Below are positions 20,792-30,617 of a DNA stretch of 64,000 nt, one piece after another. Both the position numbers and the translations under genes were made by a program. Source of the DNA: an uncultured delta proteobacterium (lineage in GTDB: Bacteria > Desulfobacterota > Syntrophia > Syntrophales > UBA2185); the NCBI GenBank assembly GCA_963729715.1, contig CAVSPA010000007.1, positions 320,001 to 384,000 on the forward strand, in the 5' to 3' direction. The notes beneath the pieces were generated by a model. That model worked only from the letters and a program-made list of their open reading frames with translations, was not told the origin of the DNA and did no database searches. The number at the start of each line of letters is the position of its first letter. Position 1 is the stretch's first letter.

Positions 20792-21250
20792 TCATCGTTC
20801 CTTGTCTTTCTTCCATATTCCATTAGCGATGCCGCAGAGCACTTCTGCCCCTTCTTCTCCAAGCAGACTCAGGGCTTTTTTCTGTGCGTCTTCCCATACT
20901 TCCTGCACCTTTCCCAAGAGCTCCTCTCCTGCAGAAGTAAGCCTCAACAGTTTCCTTCTTTCCGCCTTGACAGTTACGATCTTGAGCCATCCTCTTTTCT
21001 TCATGCGCTCTATATTTCTGCTGGCCGTCGATTTTTCCATCTTGAGCCGTCTGCAAAGGGCATCATATCCAACCTCCCCGGCGAGATGGACAAAGACCAG
21101 TATGCTTATCTGATTGAGCTTGACACCGAACGGGTTCAACGCTGAATCGTAGATGTTGGTTACCATGCGGCTCAGCAGTCGTATCCGCACGGCAATGCAC
21201 TGCCGCGACATACTTCTTATCAGCGATAATCTGTCAACGGATTTCTTCAT
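20792..21250 (-). CDS. MarR family transcriptional regulator
   Basis: CIA..IR..SR.VT.IYD..L...G, EKST.SRN...M...GW, LT..G. Confidence 0.88.
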   Translation of the reverse strand: MKKSVDRLSLIRSMSRQCIAVRIRLLSRMVTNIYDSALNPFGVKLNQISILVFVHLAGEVGYDALCRRLKMEKSTASRNIERMKKRGWLKIVTVKAERRKLLRLTSAGEELLGKVQEVWEDAQKKALSLLGEEGAEVLCGIANGIWKKDKER

Positions 21251-21266
21251 AAGAGGCTGTCCATCG

Positions 21267-21288
21267 TATAGTTGTATATACAACTATA
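21267..21288. promoter_or_regulatory. Putative MarR operator
   Basis: Perfect 22-bp palindrome TATAGTTGTATATACAACTATA just upstream of marR; core TGTATATACA recurs at 20762-20771. Confidence 0.75.
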
Positions 21289-21483
21289 ATGGGACGAATA
21301 TCTTGTCAACATTTTTCTGAAGAAAAAAGCGCAACTGGTCGATTCCCTCCGCATATAGAATTTCTTTCTAAAATTGTCTGAATCCTGTATATTTCTATCA
21401 TTAATGGATGGTGCAGGCGGATGGAAAGGTCTCTTGTTATAACTCATTCTGCAAATTGGCTTTAGCCGGCTAAGGAGGGGCGA

Positions 21484-22605
21484 ATGGCTGTAATATTTGA
21501 AGAAACTACAATCAACGGTATGACCATGCGCAACAGATTGATAAGGTCCGCTACATGGGAGGGAATGTGCGATCCGGACGGAAGGCCACGAGAGAAGCTC
21601 ATCACCTTATATCGCGACCTAGCGCGAGGAGGTATAGGACTCGTAATTACGAGCTATGCGTATGTAAGGCCGGACGGCAGGAGTTTACCCGGCCAGATGG
21701 GTATATATACCGATGCCTTTGCGGATCCCTTCCAGCGCATGGCCAGGGCTGTGCATGATGCAGGCGGAAAGATAGCCGTCCAGGTGGTTCACGGCGGCGG
21801 CCAGACGGATACAAAGACCGCAGGCTGTAAGCCCTTTGCCCCCTCAGCTGTTAAGGTTGAACAGTTTCCGGAAATGCCGGAGGAACTCACAAAGGATGAA
21901 ATCAAGCATATCGTTGCGGCATTCGGGAATGCGGCGCGACGCGTAAAGGAGTGGCGATTCGATGCCGTGCAACTGCATGGCGCCCACGGCTTTCTGATCA
22001 ATCAGTTCCTTTCCCCTCTCACCAACCGCCGTACTGATGAATATGGCGGCAGCATGGAAAATCGCGTGCGGTTCCTTCTCGAGGTCTACCAAAATGTACG
22101 GGGGGCGGTCGGCACGGATTATCCTGTGCTTATCAAACTGAACGCCACGGATTTCATAGAGGGAGGACTGGAAATTGAGGAAGCAATCTACGCAGCCAAG
22201 CGGCTTGCGGAATCTGGCATCGATGCCATAGAAGTCTCTGCCGGAACTCCGTCGTCGGGTCCCAAAAGCCCGGTGCGCACAAAAATAATAAAACCGGAGA
22301 GAGAGGCTTACAATCTTGAAATGGCTCGCCGAATCAAGAAAGCAGTCGGCTGCCCGGTAATAGTAGTGGGCGGATTCAGATCATATGAAGTTGTTGAAAA
22401 GGCCATCCGGGATGACGGCATGGATTACATCGCCCTGGCGAGGCCGCTCATCTGGGAGCCGGGTCTTGCCAATCGCTGGCTGCAAGGCGACCGGAGACCG
22501 ACAAGATGTATCTCGTGCAACAACTGCTTCACAGGCGGACTCGAAGAAGGCGGCATCTATTGCGCAACGGAAAAGAAAGAGATTGAAAAAGCGGCAAGGC
22601 GCTAA
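21484..22605 (+). CDS. NADH:flavin oxidoreductase (old yellow enzyme family)
   Basis: RSATWEG, QLHGAHGFLINQFLSP..NRRTDEYGGS.ENR, C-terminal CISCNNC. Confidence 0.92.
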   Translation: MAVIFEETTINGMTMRNRLIRSATWEGMCDPDGRPREKLITLYRDLARGGIGLVITSYAYVRPDGRSLPGQMGIYTDAFADPFQRMARAVHDAGGKIAVQVVHGGGQTDTKTAGCKPFAPSAVKVEQFPEMPEELTKDEIKHIVAAFGNAARRVKEWRFDAVQLHGAHGFLINQFLSPLTNRRTDEYGGSMENRVRFLLEVYQNVRGAVGTDYPVLIKLNATDFIEGGLEIEEAIYAAKRLAESGIDAIEVSAGTPSSGPKSPVRTKIIKPEREAYNLEMARRIKKAVGCPVIVVGGFRSYEVVEKAIRDDGMDYIALARPLIWEPGLANRWLQGDRRPTRCISCNNCFTGGLEEGGIYCATEKKEIEKAARR

Positions 22606-22631
22606 GGATTTTTTATACAGGAGGAAGTCCG

Positions 22632-23321
22632 ATGAATCTGGAAGGTAAAACCGTTCTTATCCCCGGTTCAAGTTCGGGGATAGGAAGAGAGACGGCACTC
22701 CAGCTTGCCCGTGAGAGATGCAGACTCATATTGACATATTTCAAAGGCGAGGCAGCGGGAAAAGGGGTGCTCAAAGAATGTTTGAATCATGGCGAGGCTG
22801 CCCTCTATCGGCTGGATGTACGCGATGATCGCTCCGTCAGGCGCCTCGTAAAATCAGTTACGGATAGATTTTCCTCCCTTGATATTCTTATCAACGTTGC
22901 CGGCGTCATGGCGGAAACCCCACTTATCGAGCAATCCGCGGAAGACACGGCGAATCAGATTGGTGTAAATTTACTCGGACTTATCAACGTCACACGATCA
23001 TTCCTGCCCCTCCTTCAGAGGCAGAAAGAAGCGGTGATCGTCAATATTGCAAGTGGGCTCGCAAAGGAAGTGCTTCCGCAACTCACCGTATACTGCGCGA
23101 CAAAGTGGGGTGTGAGAGGTTTTACCCGCGCTCTTGCCGTGGAACTTCCCAGCAAGGTGAGGGTCTATTGCGTAAACCCCGGGTTGACGGCGACAAGAAT
23201 GACAGACTACCAGGGGGCCGACCCGGCAGATGTGGCGAAGATCATCGTGCGGACGGCGGCGGAAAAGCTCCGGAAAAAATCCGGTGATGACGTGGATGTA
23301 TGGAGATACGTTTCTCAGTAA
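22632..23321 (+). CDS. Short-chain dehydrogenase/reductase
   Basis: GSSSGIG, NVAG, YCATK, NPG. Confidence 0.9.
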   Translation: MNLEGKTVLIPGSSSGIGRETALQLARERCRLILTYFKGEAAGKGVLKECLNHGEAALYRLDVRDDRSVRRLVKSVTDRFSSLDILINVAGVMAETPLIEQSAEDTANQIGVNLLGLINVTRSFLPLLQRQKEAVIVNIASGLAKEVLPQLTVYCATKWGVRGFTRALAVELPSKVRVYCVNPGLTATRMTDYQGADPADVAKIIVRTAAEKLRKKSGDDVDVWRYVSQ

Positions 23322-23348
23322 TGATGTCACGGCCGGACGTGACATCAT
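23321..23348. terminator. Hairpin between convergent genes (possible bidirectional terminator)
   Basis: ATGATGTCAC-8 nt-GTGACATCAT. Confidence 0.5.
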
Positions 23349-23354
23349 CATACA

Positions 23355-23561
23355 TTATTCCTCGGCGCTCTTCTCCGATTCTTTTTTGGTATCCTTGTTT
23401 CCTTTCTCTTTCGTGACAGGGCTCTGAACCTTGTAACCTTCTTTCTTCAGCTCATATCCTCCGGCTGCTCCTGCGCCTGCTGCAGCCGCATACCAGCATA
23501 CCGAGAAATACGGAATTGCAAAAACAAATATGAAGCCTGCGATCATCCTCTTTAGTTTCAT
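23355..23561 (-). CDS. Small hypothetical secreted/membrane protein (68 aa)
   Basis: GAGGAGG RBS, basic N-terminus plus hydrophobic segment, K/E-rich tail. Confidence 0.55.
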   Translation of the reverse strand: MKLKRMIAGFIFVFAIPYFSVCWYAAAAGAGAAGGYELKKEGYKVQSPVTKEKGNKDTKKESEKSAEE

Positions 23562-23609
23562 AGTTATGGCGCACCTCCTCGCCTGGTTAATAGTATGCCT
23601 GTACAGCAA

Positions 23610-24071
23610 CTACCCACTTGCAACAATTTTTTTCATTCGTACAGCGTCGCCGTAAGGATAATAGTCGGGAAGAAACTTCGATTCCATGTAACCACACTTG
23701 GCGAAAAAAGCTTCCGCTCCGCCTTCACCTTTCAGCGTCTCTAAAACGATGAAGGAAACATTAGATTCAATCAGATATTTCTCCATCGCATCCAATAAGA
23801 TCTTGCCCGCGCCCGTGCTTCTGTATGCCGGGAGTACACCAATGGAATAGATTCTTCCCTTATATTTACCATTTCTCAACTCGTTTCTTAAGGTCACGCC
23901 GAATCCGACAGATGAGCTATTATCACGAAGAAGAAAGAAAGAGGCATTATGTGAAGATCTAAGATATCGGAGTTGTGATCGCGAGAAGCATTCATTCACC
24001 CTGAATATGCGCCTTTCAAGGTCATATATTTCACCGGAATTATTTTTTGAAATTCTGATGACAGTCAACAT
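23610..24071 (-). CDS. GNAT family N-acetyltransferase (RimI-like)
   Basis: IYSIGV.P.YR..G.GK.LL, A..FF.K.GY, DYY..GDA.RM.K. Confidence 0.85.
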   Translation of the reverse strand: MLTVIRISKNNSGEIYDLERRIFRVNECFSRSQLRYLRSSHNASFFLLRDNSSSVGFGVTLRNELRNGKYKGRIYSIGVLPAYRSTGAGKILLDAMEKYLIESNVSFIVLETLKGEGGAEAFFAKCGYMESKFLPDYYPYGDAVRMKKIVASG

Positions 24072-24105
24072 GGTATGAAATGATGTTGAGACATTGGTAA
24101 GCTGC

Positions 24106-24753
24106 TTATTGTATGATGATGATCCCCGCCAGAGTGCCTTTGGATATCTCTTCCGGTTTGGCGTTGCTGCCTATGGGGTAGATGTCCCACCCCATTGCAG
24201 CGGCCATTTTATAAACATCAATGCCTACTGCCTCCATGGAAGGCCGGGAACGGAGAGAGATCCTACACCTCTTCCCTTCCAGGGCCTGGCAGTTCTCCTG
24301 CTGGCTGCAGAACGTATGCCTGCAGGAGCCAGCAGCAAAGCCGAAGGCCAGATAGTGGCCGTCGTAGAAAGCCATGGATTCGATCTCACCCACGATGTCA
24401 AATATTCTCCGATAGGCTGCCTCTCTTTCTTTTATCGTAGCCCGGTCTCTGACTATCACCTCGGGCGGGACATCGAGGGTAAAAAAGACCGCCCACTCGA
24501 ACCCTTTTAATAAGTCACGCAGCTCTGCCGGTTTCAGCGTGTGGGGCGGGCAGTGCACACTGGTGCCGTATCCAAAACACCGCGGTATCTGACATTTCAG
24601 CACAATCCTTTCATCCACGGGAATCTCTTTCACGCTTACAATTGTGGCCCTGGTAGCGCCCAGTTCGACGGCCTTTGCCTTATACCTCTCCAGATCCCCG
24701 AGCAGCCGGGCTGCATTCATATCGACAGTTATCCTCTCTATCCTTTCCCCCAT
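24106..24753 (-). CDS. DUF2284 family Cys-rich metal-binding protein
   Basis: KC..P.C..YG....CPP, GSC...C....C......C, RPSMEA.GIDV. Confidence 0.82.
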   Translation of the reverse strand: MGERIERITVDMNAARLLGDLERYKAKAVELGATRATIVSVKEIPVDERIVLKCQIPRCFGYGTSVHCPPHTLKPAELRDLLKGFEWAVFFTLDVPPEVIVRDRATIKEREAAYRRIFDIVGEIESMAFYDGHYLAFGFAAGSCRHTFCSQQENCQALEGKRCRISLRSRPSMEAVGIDVYKMAAAMGWDIYPIGSNAKPEEISKGTLAGIIIIQ

Positions 24754-24901
24754 CTCATTTCCCCTTTGAAGCCTCTGATCAATATCCGGTTAAATCTTCT
24801 TCTTTCACAAGTAAAATATAGATGGGCTCATCATGTATGTCAATATCATTCGACTGCAGGATGTAGGAAGCCATGACGCAACGCGTGAGAAATGCACCAT
24901 T

Positions 24902-24934
24902 AAAAAGCCCCGGTGAAAAATATCACCGGGGCTT
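24902..24934 (-). terminator. Rho-independent terminator of the por-hydABC-like operon
   Basis: AAGCCCCGGTGA-loop-TCACCGGGGCTT followed by a T-run on the minus strand. Confidence 0.8.
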
Positions 24935-25000
24935 CCATTATTTACTGCCATGCCGCGTCAAATGGCCTTTATACTGATAAAGGCATCCCGCGTTGATTTC

Positions 25001-25729
25001 TTATTTACAGCTCACACAGACTGCGAGTTCCTTCAGCGGAGTGCCTGTCTTCTGGCTTATGTATTTCAGCTGGTCGATCGGGGCAAAATACCTCCCGCAT
25101 TTCTCGCAGGCCTGCATCTTAAAGGTACGTCCCCATATTTTCCGCTTGCCGTCCGTTGCCTCCATGACGATGTGCTCCGTCGGGCAGATATACGCGCACG
25201 CACCGCATCCGATACAGGTTTTGGAATCCTCGACGAATGGGGGGCCGACTTTTTTGTCTTTGCCTCTGCCAGACAAGCCAATGGCACTCACACCCACAAC
25301 ATCTTCACAAGCCTTAACACAAAGTCTGCATAGTACACACTTCCCTTTGTCTGTTTCAGGATGAAAGGCGGGTTGCGGTTCAATGCCCATCTCTTTAGCC
25401 ATATCCTTAAGTACGTCGGACTCAGGACACCTTGCCATGAGAAGCTGCATAACGAGACGCCGGACATTCATAACCCTTTCCGATTTCGTTTCAACAACGA
25501 TACCTTCATCAACAGGATACAGGCATGACGTCACGATCCTTGTTCTCTTGCCTTTCTTCACCTCAACTACACAGAGGCGGCATGCTCCTGATGGAGCAAC
25601 TGACTCATGGCAGCACAGGGTTGGAATCACTATGCCATTATTGCGGGCAACCTGAAGTACCGTTGCACCTTCCTTAGCCTCAACCTTCTTACCATCTATG
25701 ATAAAGTTTACCATTTCCCCTACCTTCAT
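25001..25729 (-). CDS. NuoG/HydA N-terminal-like Fe-S subunit (2Fe-2S + 2x4Fe-4S, no catalytic domain)
   Basis: IPTLC....GACRLC..SC; CVLCRLCVKAC; CIGCGACAYICP; extra CEKC...CVSC. Confidence 0.88.
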   Translation of the reverse strand: MKVGEMVNFIIDGKKVEAKEGATVLQVARNNGIVIPTLCCHESVAPSGACRLCVVEVKKGKRTRIVTSCLYPVDEGIVVETKSERVMNVRRLVMQLLMARCPESDVLKDMAKEMGIEPQPAFHPETDKGKCVLCRLCVKACEDVVGVSAIGLSGRGKDKKVGPPFVEDSKTCIGCGACAYICPTEHIVMEATDGKRKIWGRTFKMQACEKCGRYFAPIDQLKYISQKTGTPLKELAVCVSCK

Positions 25730-27639
25730 TCTATGCTTATTGCTTCAAATTTACAGCTTTCTCTACAGACGCCGCACTTGATACACACTGTTTGATCAAT
25801 CACATGTGGCTTTTTCTTCTGACCAGTTATACACACAGTGGGACACTTCTTGGCGCAAACGCCGCATCCCGTACATTTCTTTGCATTGATTTTGAAACTG
25901 ATCAGGGCCCTGCAGACACCGGCAGGACATTTCTTGTCCCGAACATGAGCGACATACTCATTACGGAAATACTTGAGGGTGCTCAAAACCGGATTTGCAG
26001 CCGTGCTGCCCAAGGCGCACAAGGCGCCATCGACGATTCCCTGGGACATGGACTCCAGAAGTTCAACGTCACCCTTCTTTCCTTTGCCTTCGCAGATGTC
26101 ATGCAGGATTTCATTCATCCTGTGGACCCCTTCCCGGCAGGGAACACACTTACCGCAGGATTCAAATTCGAGGAAATCGATGAAATACCTCGCGATATCA
26201 ACCATGCAGGTGCTCTCATCCATGACAATCATACCACCGGAACCCATCATGGAGCCGGCTTCCCACAGAGAATCAAAATCTACGGAAATATCTATGAGAC
26301 TTGTGGGCAGGCATCCGCCGGACGGACCGCCGGTCTGGACCGCCTTGTATTTCTTACCACCGGGAATCCCGCCGCCGATTTCGTATATAATATCTCTCAG
26401 AGGTATCCCCATGGGCACCTCAACCAACCCAATATTATTTATCTTACCGACGACAGAAAATACCTTCGTTCCTGAATTATTCTTACAGCCTATGCTGGAG
26501 AACCACTTCGCGCCCCTGCTGATAATGGCCGGAACATTTGCCCATGTTTCCACATTATTCAGATTGGAAGGCCTGTCCCACAGTCCATGCTCGACTGTAT
26601 GTATGTATTTTGCTCTCGGCTCGCCGGCTTTGCCTTCCAGAGAAGTCATCAAGGCCGTTGATTCACCGCAAACGAATGCACCAGCACCCTTGCCGATTTT
26701 CAGATCAAAATCAAACCCTGTATTGAGAATATTTTTTCCGAGGAAACCATATTCTCTCGCCTGGTTAATTGCCCGCTGCAGATTGGCGACGGCTAAGGGA
26801 TACTCGTTTCTGACATAAATAAATCCCTGGCCGGAACCAATGGCAAATGCTCCTATAATCATTCCTTCGATGACACTGTGGGGATCTCCTTCCATGACGC
26901 TTCTGTCCATGTAAGCGCCGGGGTCTCCTTCATCGCCATTGCAGATCACATATTTAATGTCTCCATGGGCGCGTCTGCAAGTCTGCCACTTGATACCGGC
27001 GGGGAACCCTCCGCCTCCACGACCTCTCAAACCTGAAGCAATTATCTCTTCAATGATCTCATCCGGCTTCATCTTGGTGAGGGCCTTGAGAAGGCTGAAG
27101 TAACCACCCTTGGCGATGTATTCATCTATGCTCTCATAATTGATCATCCCGCAGTTTCTGGTGGCCAACTTCAGCTGTTTCTTGTAGAATTTGACATCCC
27201 CTATCTTGGGAACATCCGCCAGATCTTTCGGAACGGCGCCCTTAAAATAGGGCTTCTTTTCATTCAGACAGATGAAGTCTTCCTCATCCATTCTGTAAGT
27301 GGGTTTGTTGCCATTCGTAGCGCCTTTTACAATCTGGTCAATGACTTCCGGCACCTTCTTCGCGGTCATCTTGCTGAATGCCAGACGTGGTTTGTTCGGT
27401 TGCAGGACGTCTACAAGGGGCTCTATGCAGTCCATACCCATAGCCCCCGTTTTGCTCAGGACAAAATCCAGCTTCCGTTTCTTTATCTCCGCCTCCAAGG
27501 CATTGTAGACCTCCTGGGCCCCCGAGGCAATCCCACTCGTCGCCATTCCGACCATGATTTTCGTTTTTGACGGGATGATAGATTCCAGCCCTCTTTTCGC
27601 TGCCTTGTTCAAATCTTCAAGTGTATTGATCTTACTCAC
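25726..27639 (-). CDS. nuoF: NuoF/HydB-like NADH/FMN-binding subunit with C-terminal ferredoxin domain
   Basis: GLRGRGGGGFP, NGDEGDPGAYMDR, GAGAFVCGE, GGPSGG, ESCGKCVPCREG, H....CPAGVC, 2x CxxCxxCxxxC. Confidence 0.92.
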   Translation of the reverse strand: MSKINTLEDLNKAAKRGLESIIPSKTKIMVGMATSGIASGAQEVYNALEAEIKKRKLDFVLSKTGAMGMDCIEPLVDVLQPNKPRLAFSKMTAKKVPEVIDQIVKGATNGNKPTYRMDEEDFICLNEKKPYFKGAVPKDLADVPKIGDVKFYKKQLKLATRNCGMINYESIDEYIAKGGYFSLLKALTKMKPDEIIEEIIASGLRGRGGGGFPAGIKWQTCRRAHGDIKYVICNGDEGDPGAYMDRSVMEGDPHSVIEGMIIGAFAIGSGQGFIYVRNEYPLAVANLQRAINQAREYGFLGKNILNTGFDFDLKIGKGAGAFVCGESTALMTSLEGKAGEPRAKYIHTVEHGLWDRPSNLNNVETWANVPAIISRGAKWFSSIGCKNNSGTKVFSVVGKINNIGLVEVPMGIPLRDIIYEIGGGIPGGKKYKAVQTGGPSGGCLPTSLIDISVDFDSLWEAGSMMGSGGMIVMDESTCMVDIARYFIDFLEFESCGKCVPCREGVHRMNEILHDICEGKGKKGDVELLESMSQGIVDGALCALGSTAANPVLSTLKYFRNEYVAHVRDKKCPAGVCRALISFKINAKKCTGCGVCAKKCPTVCITGQKKKPHVIDQTVCIKCGVCRESCKFEAISIE

Positions 27640-27652
27640 TTTTCCACCCCTA

Positions 27653-28120
27653 TTATTTATAATTTGCCAAAACCTTCGGAATCTGGTCCTGCGTTAAATT
27701 AGGATGAATGTTACCGCTTATCCGCGCGACAGGGGCCAGACTGCAACATCCGAGACATCTGACCTCTTCGAGGGTAAACTTTTTATCCTTCGTCGTTTCG
27801 CCGCAACAAATCTTCAGATCTCTCTCTATCCTGTCCATCAGATTGGCAGCCCCCTGAACGTGGCACGCCGTCCCGGCGCACACCTCTACCAGGTTCCTGC
27901 CCCTAGGCTTGAGGCTGAAGGCGTTGTAAAATGTTGCAATCTCATAGATCCTGGTGAGGGGCACCTCCATCTGCTTACTAATAGAGGAAAGCGCTTCCTT
28001 TGGTAGATATCTGAATTCTTCCTGCACATCCTGAAGGATGGCTATCATTGCTGTCTTGTCGCCATCATATTTCTTTATGATGCTTTTAACCGATTTCTGC
28101 TTGGTCTTCGCTGTCTTCAT
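27653..28120 (-). CDS. nuoE: NuoE/HydC-like 2Fe-2S subunit
   Basis: ATFY..F, VC.GTACHV.G, CLGCC..AP. Confidence 0.92.
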   Translation of the reverse strand: MKTAKTKQKSVKSIIKKYDGDKTAMIAILQDVQEEFRYLPKEALSSISKQMEVPLTRIYEIATFYNAFSLKPRGRNLVEVCAGTACHVQGAANLMDRIERDLKICCGETTKDKKFTLEEVRCLGCCSLAPVARISGNIHPNLTQDQIPKVLANYK

Positions 28121-28152
28121 ACTTCAATCACCTTATCCCGTATAATAGCAAC

Positions 28153-29118
28153 TTAACTTGTCATATCCGACCAGGATTTTGAATGCTTAATCCTCTCCAA
28201 CACTTTATTGTATTCAAGCATTGCCATTCCCTTGAAAATCTGAATCTGATCCGGCGTGAGATGCCTGAACCGTCCCTGAGGCTTCAGATAATCTTCTATG
28301 GGCCGAAGCTTTTTGGGCATCTCGATGGTCATTTTGTATTTCCCGTTTTCCACCTCGTACAGCGGGAACACACCTGTTTCCACAGCGAGACGGCCCATCT
28401 TGATACATGCATCCGACGGACACCGCCATCCTGTCGGGCAGACGGCCAGACAGTGGATGAAGGCAGGACCGTTTACTTTTTTTGCTTTTTTGACTTTATC
28501 CATAAAATCAAACGGGTAGCTATGGCAGGCCGTGGCCACATAGGGCACCTTGTGGGCCACCATGATCTCGGCCATGTTCTTCTTCCACGTAGTGTTTCCG
28601 ACGCTTTTCTTGCCCGCGGGTCTCGTCGTTGTCGATGCCCCGTAGGGCGTTGCGCCGGAACGCTGAATGCCCGTGTTCATGTAGGCTTCATTGTCGTAGA
28701 CGATATAGATCATGTTGTGACCGCGCTCCATGGCTCCAGAAATGGCCTGGAAACCGATGTCAAAGGACCCTCCATCGCCTCCGATGGAAACCACCTTTAC
28801 ATCCCTGTCAGCGATTTTCCCCTTCTTGCGGAGGGTTTTCAAGGCGGCCTCAACACCCGCTCCCACGGCAGCGGAATTCGGGAACGCCACATGCACCCAC
28901 GGAAGCTTCCACGCCGTCGTCGGATAAGGGGTAGCAGTAACTTCCATACATCCCGTAGCATTGGTCACTACCGTATCTTTACCCAAAGCCTTTGCCATCA
29001 GGCGGATTGCTAATGCTTCACCGCAACCCTGGCAGGCGCGATGTCCTGAACTGTAATATTCCTCTTTATCAACCAGCTTTGGGGCAAACAAATCAAAATT
29101 TTCTACAATACTCTTCAT
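28153..29118 (-). CDS. porB: Pyruvate/2-oxoacid:ferredoxin oxidoreductase beta subunit
   Basis: [16 protein letters not shown] motif GGDGG...[17 protein letters not shown]. Confidence 0.95.
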   Translation of the reverse strand: MKSIVENFDLFAPKLVDKEEYYSSGHRACQGCGEALAIRLMAKALGKDTVVTNATGCMEVTATPYPTTAWKLPWVHVAFPNSAAVGAGVEAALKTLRKKGKIADRDVKVVSIGGDGGSFDIGFQAISGAMERGHNMIYIVYDNEAYMNTGIQRSGATPYGASTTTRPAGKKSVGNTTWKKNMAEIMVAHKVPYVATACHSYPFDFMDKVKKAKKVNGPAFIHCLAVCPTGWRCPSDACIKMGRLAVETGVFPLYEVENGKYKMTIEMPKKLRPIEDYLKPQGRFRHLTPDQIQIFKGMAMLEYNKVLERIKHSKSWSDMTS

Positions 29119-29120
29119 GA

Positions 29121-30287
29121 TTATCCCCTCACTCCATAAATTTCATATGCTCTTTCGGGTTTAGCCTTGGCTGCCTTCTTGAAGATTTTTATAAAGTCTT
29201 CGACCCGTACGTCGCGACCACCGAGACCGATGATTTCATTCGTAATCACCGGACGATCCGGCTCATCATAAAGGGCAGATTTCACCTCGGCACAGACAGG
29301 AGCAGCAGCACCGCCAGACATAACAGCCCGGTCTATAACGATCAGATTCTTGATTCCTTTCACTGCCTTTTTCAATTCATCCGCAGGAAATGGTCTGTAA
29401 AGCTTCAGGTCTAACAGTCCGGCCTTGAACCCTTCTTTGCGCAACTCATCAATGGCAACCTGCGCTGTTTCACCCATGGACCCCATGGTAAGCATGAGTA
29501 CATCGGCATCATTTGCCTTATAGGACATGATGGGTTCATACTTCCGGCCGAACATCTTCTCCCACTCTTTCCATATTTCAAGGATGACCTTCTTCGAATT
29601 GATTAGCGCCTCATCATTGGCTTTTTTTGCCTCGTTATAGATATCCGGGAGTCCCAGGGTTCCCATGGACACTACATTATCCGGATGCAGGGCTGCGAAA
29701 GGTTTTCGCGGCGGGAGGAACTTGTCTACTTCCTCCTGATCAGGCATTATCATCGCCTCCACCACGTGGGTAAGCTGGAAACCGTCCAGATTTATAAGCA
29801 CCGGCAGCATAACATCCGCATGCTCACCGATCTTGAAGGCCTGGATGCACATATCGACGGTTTCCTGGCCGTTTGACGCGAACATTGAAATCCAACCCAG
29901 ATCCCTCACACACATGTAATCGCTGTGATCGTTCCAGATGTTGATAGGACCCGATATCGCCCTATTGCCAAGGCACATGATCACCGGAAGTCTCATAGAA
30001 GGCACAACCGGAACGATTTCATACATATACAGCAGGCCCTGTGAACTTGTCGCCGTAAAGACGCGGGCGCCCGCTGCCGACGCTCCCGTACAGGCGCTCA
30101 GCGCCGAATGCTCGGATTCCACAGCTATATATTCGCAGTCAAGATCCCCATCGGCAACAATGTCTGCCAAGTGTTCTGGTATATGTGTGTTAGGCGTGAT
30201 GGGATAAGCCGCGATCACATCGGGTCTGCATAAAGCGACCGCTTCTGCCGCGGCCAGAGCAATTTCCATTCCAATTCGTTTCGACAT
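29121..30287 (-). CDS. porA: Pyruvate/2-oxoacid:ferredoxin oxidoreductase alpha subunit
   Basis: [35 protein letters not shown]. Confidence 0.95.
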   Translation of the reverse strand: MSKRIGMEIALAAAEAVALCRPDVIAAYPITPNTHIPEHLADIVADGDLDCEYIAVESEHSALSACTGASAAGARVFTATSSQGLLYMYEIVPVVPSMRLPVIMCLGNRAISGPINIWNDHSDYMCVRDLGWISMFASNGQETVDMCIQAFKIGEHADVMLPVLINLDGFQLTHVVEAMIMPDQEEVDKFLPPRKPFAALHPDNVVSMGTLGLPDIYNEAKKANDEALINSKKVILEIWKEWEKMFGRKYEPIMSYKANDADVLMLTMGSMGETAQVAIDELRKEGFKAGLLDLKLYRPFPADELKKAVKGIKNLIVIDRAVMSGGAAAPVCAEVKSALYDEPDRPVITNEIIGLGGRDVRVEDFIKIFKKAAKAKPERAYEIYGVRG

Positions 30288-30300
30288 AACGTATCCCTCC

Positions 30301-30588
30301 TCAGTCCTCTACCATCTTTATGGCGCGCGGCCAGCATTCGTGATAGCAAATACCACAGCCCTTGCAGTAATTCAGATCTGCCATAAAGAACCCTTCCGCG
30401 TCTTCCGTTATGCACGCTTCAGGACAGAACAGATAGCAGACGCCGCACTTGATGCATTTCGTATTATCCCAGATAGGCTTCTGTGCCCTCCAGCCTCCGG
30501 TCAAATATGACCGTGAGCTTCCAGGTTTGAATATCATGAGCCCCGGATTTGTATCTTGCCAGGTTTCTGGCCACTTTTTCTCTGTCAT
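30301..30588 (-). CDS. porD: 2-oxoacid:ferredoxin oxidoreductase delta subunit
   Basis: TGGWR..KP, CIKCGVCYLFCPE, YCKGCGICYHEC. Confidence 0.93.
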   Translation of the reverse strand: MTEKKWPETWQDTNPGLMIFKPGSSRSYLTGGWRAQKPIWDNTKCIKCGVCYLFCPEACITEDAEGFFMADLNYCKGCGICYHECWPRAIKMVED

Positions 30589-30617
30589 ATGATACCTCAA
30601 CACTCATTCACTTATTA

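Noticed and set aside
25001..28120. Respiratory complex I or [FeFe]-hydrogenase
   Set aside because: No membrane Nuo subunits and no H-cluster motifs
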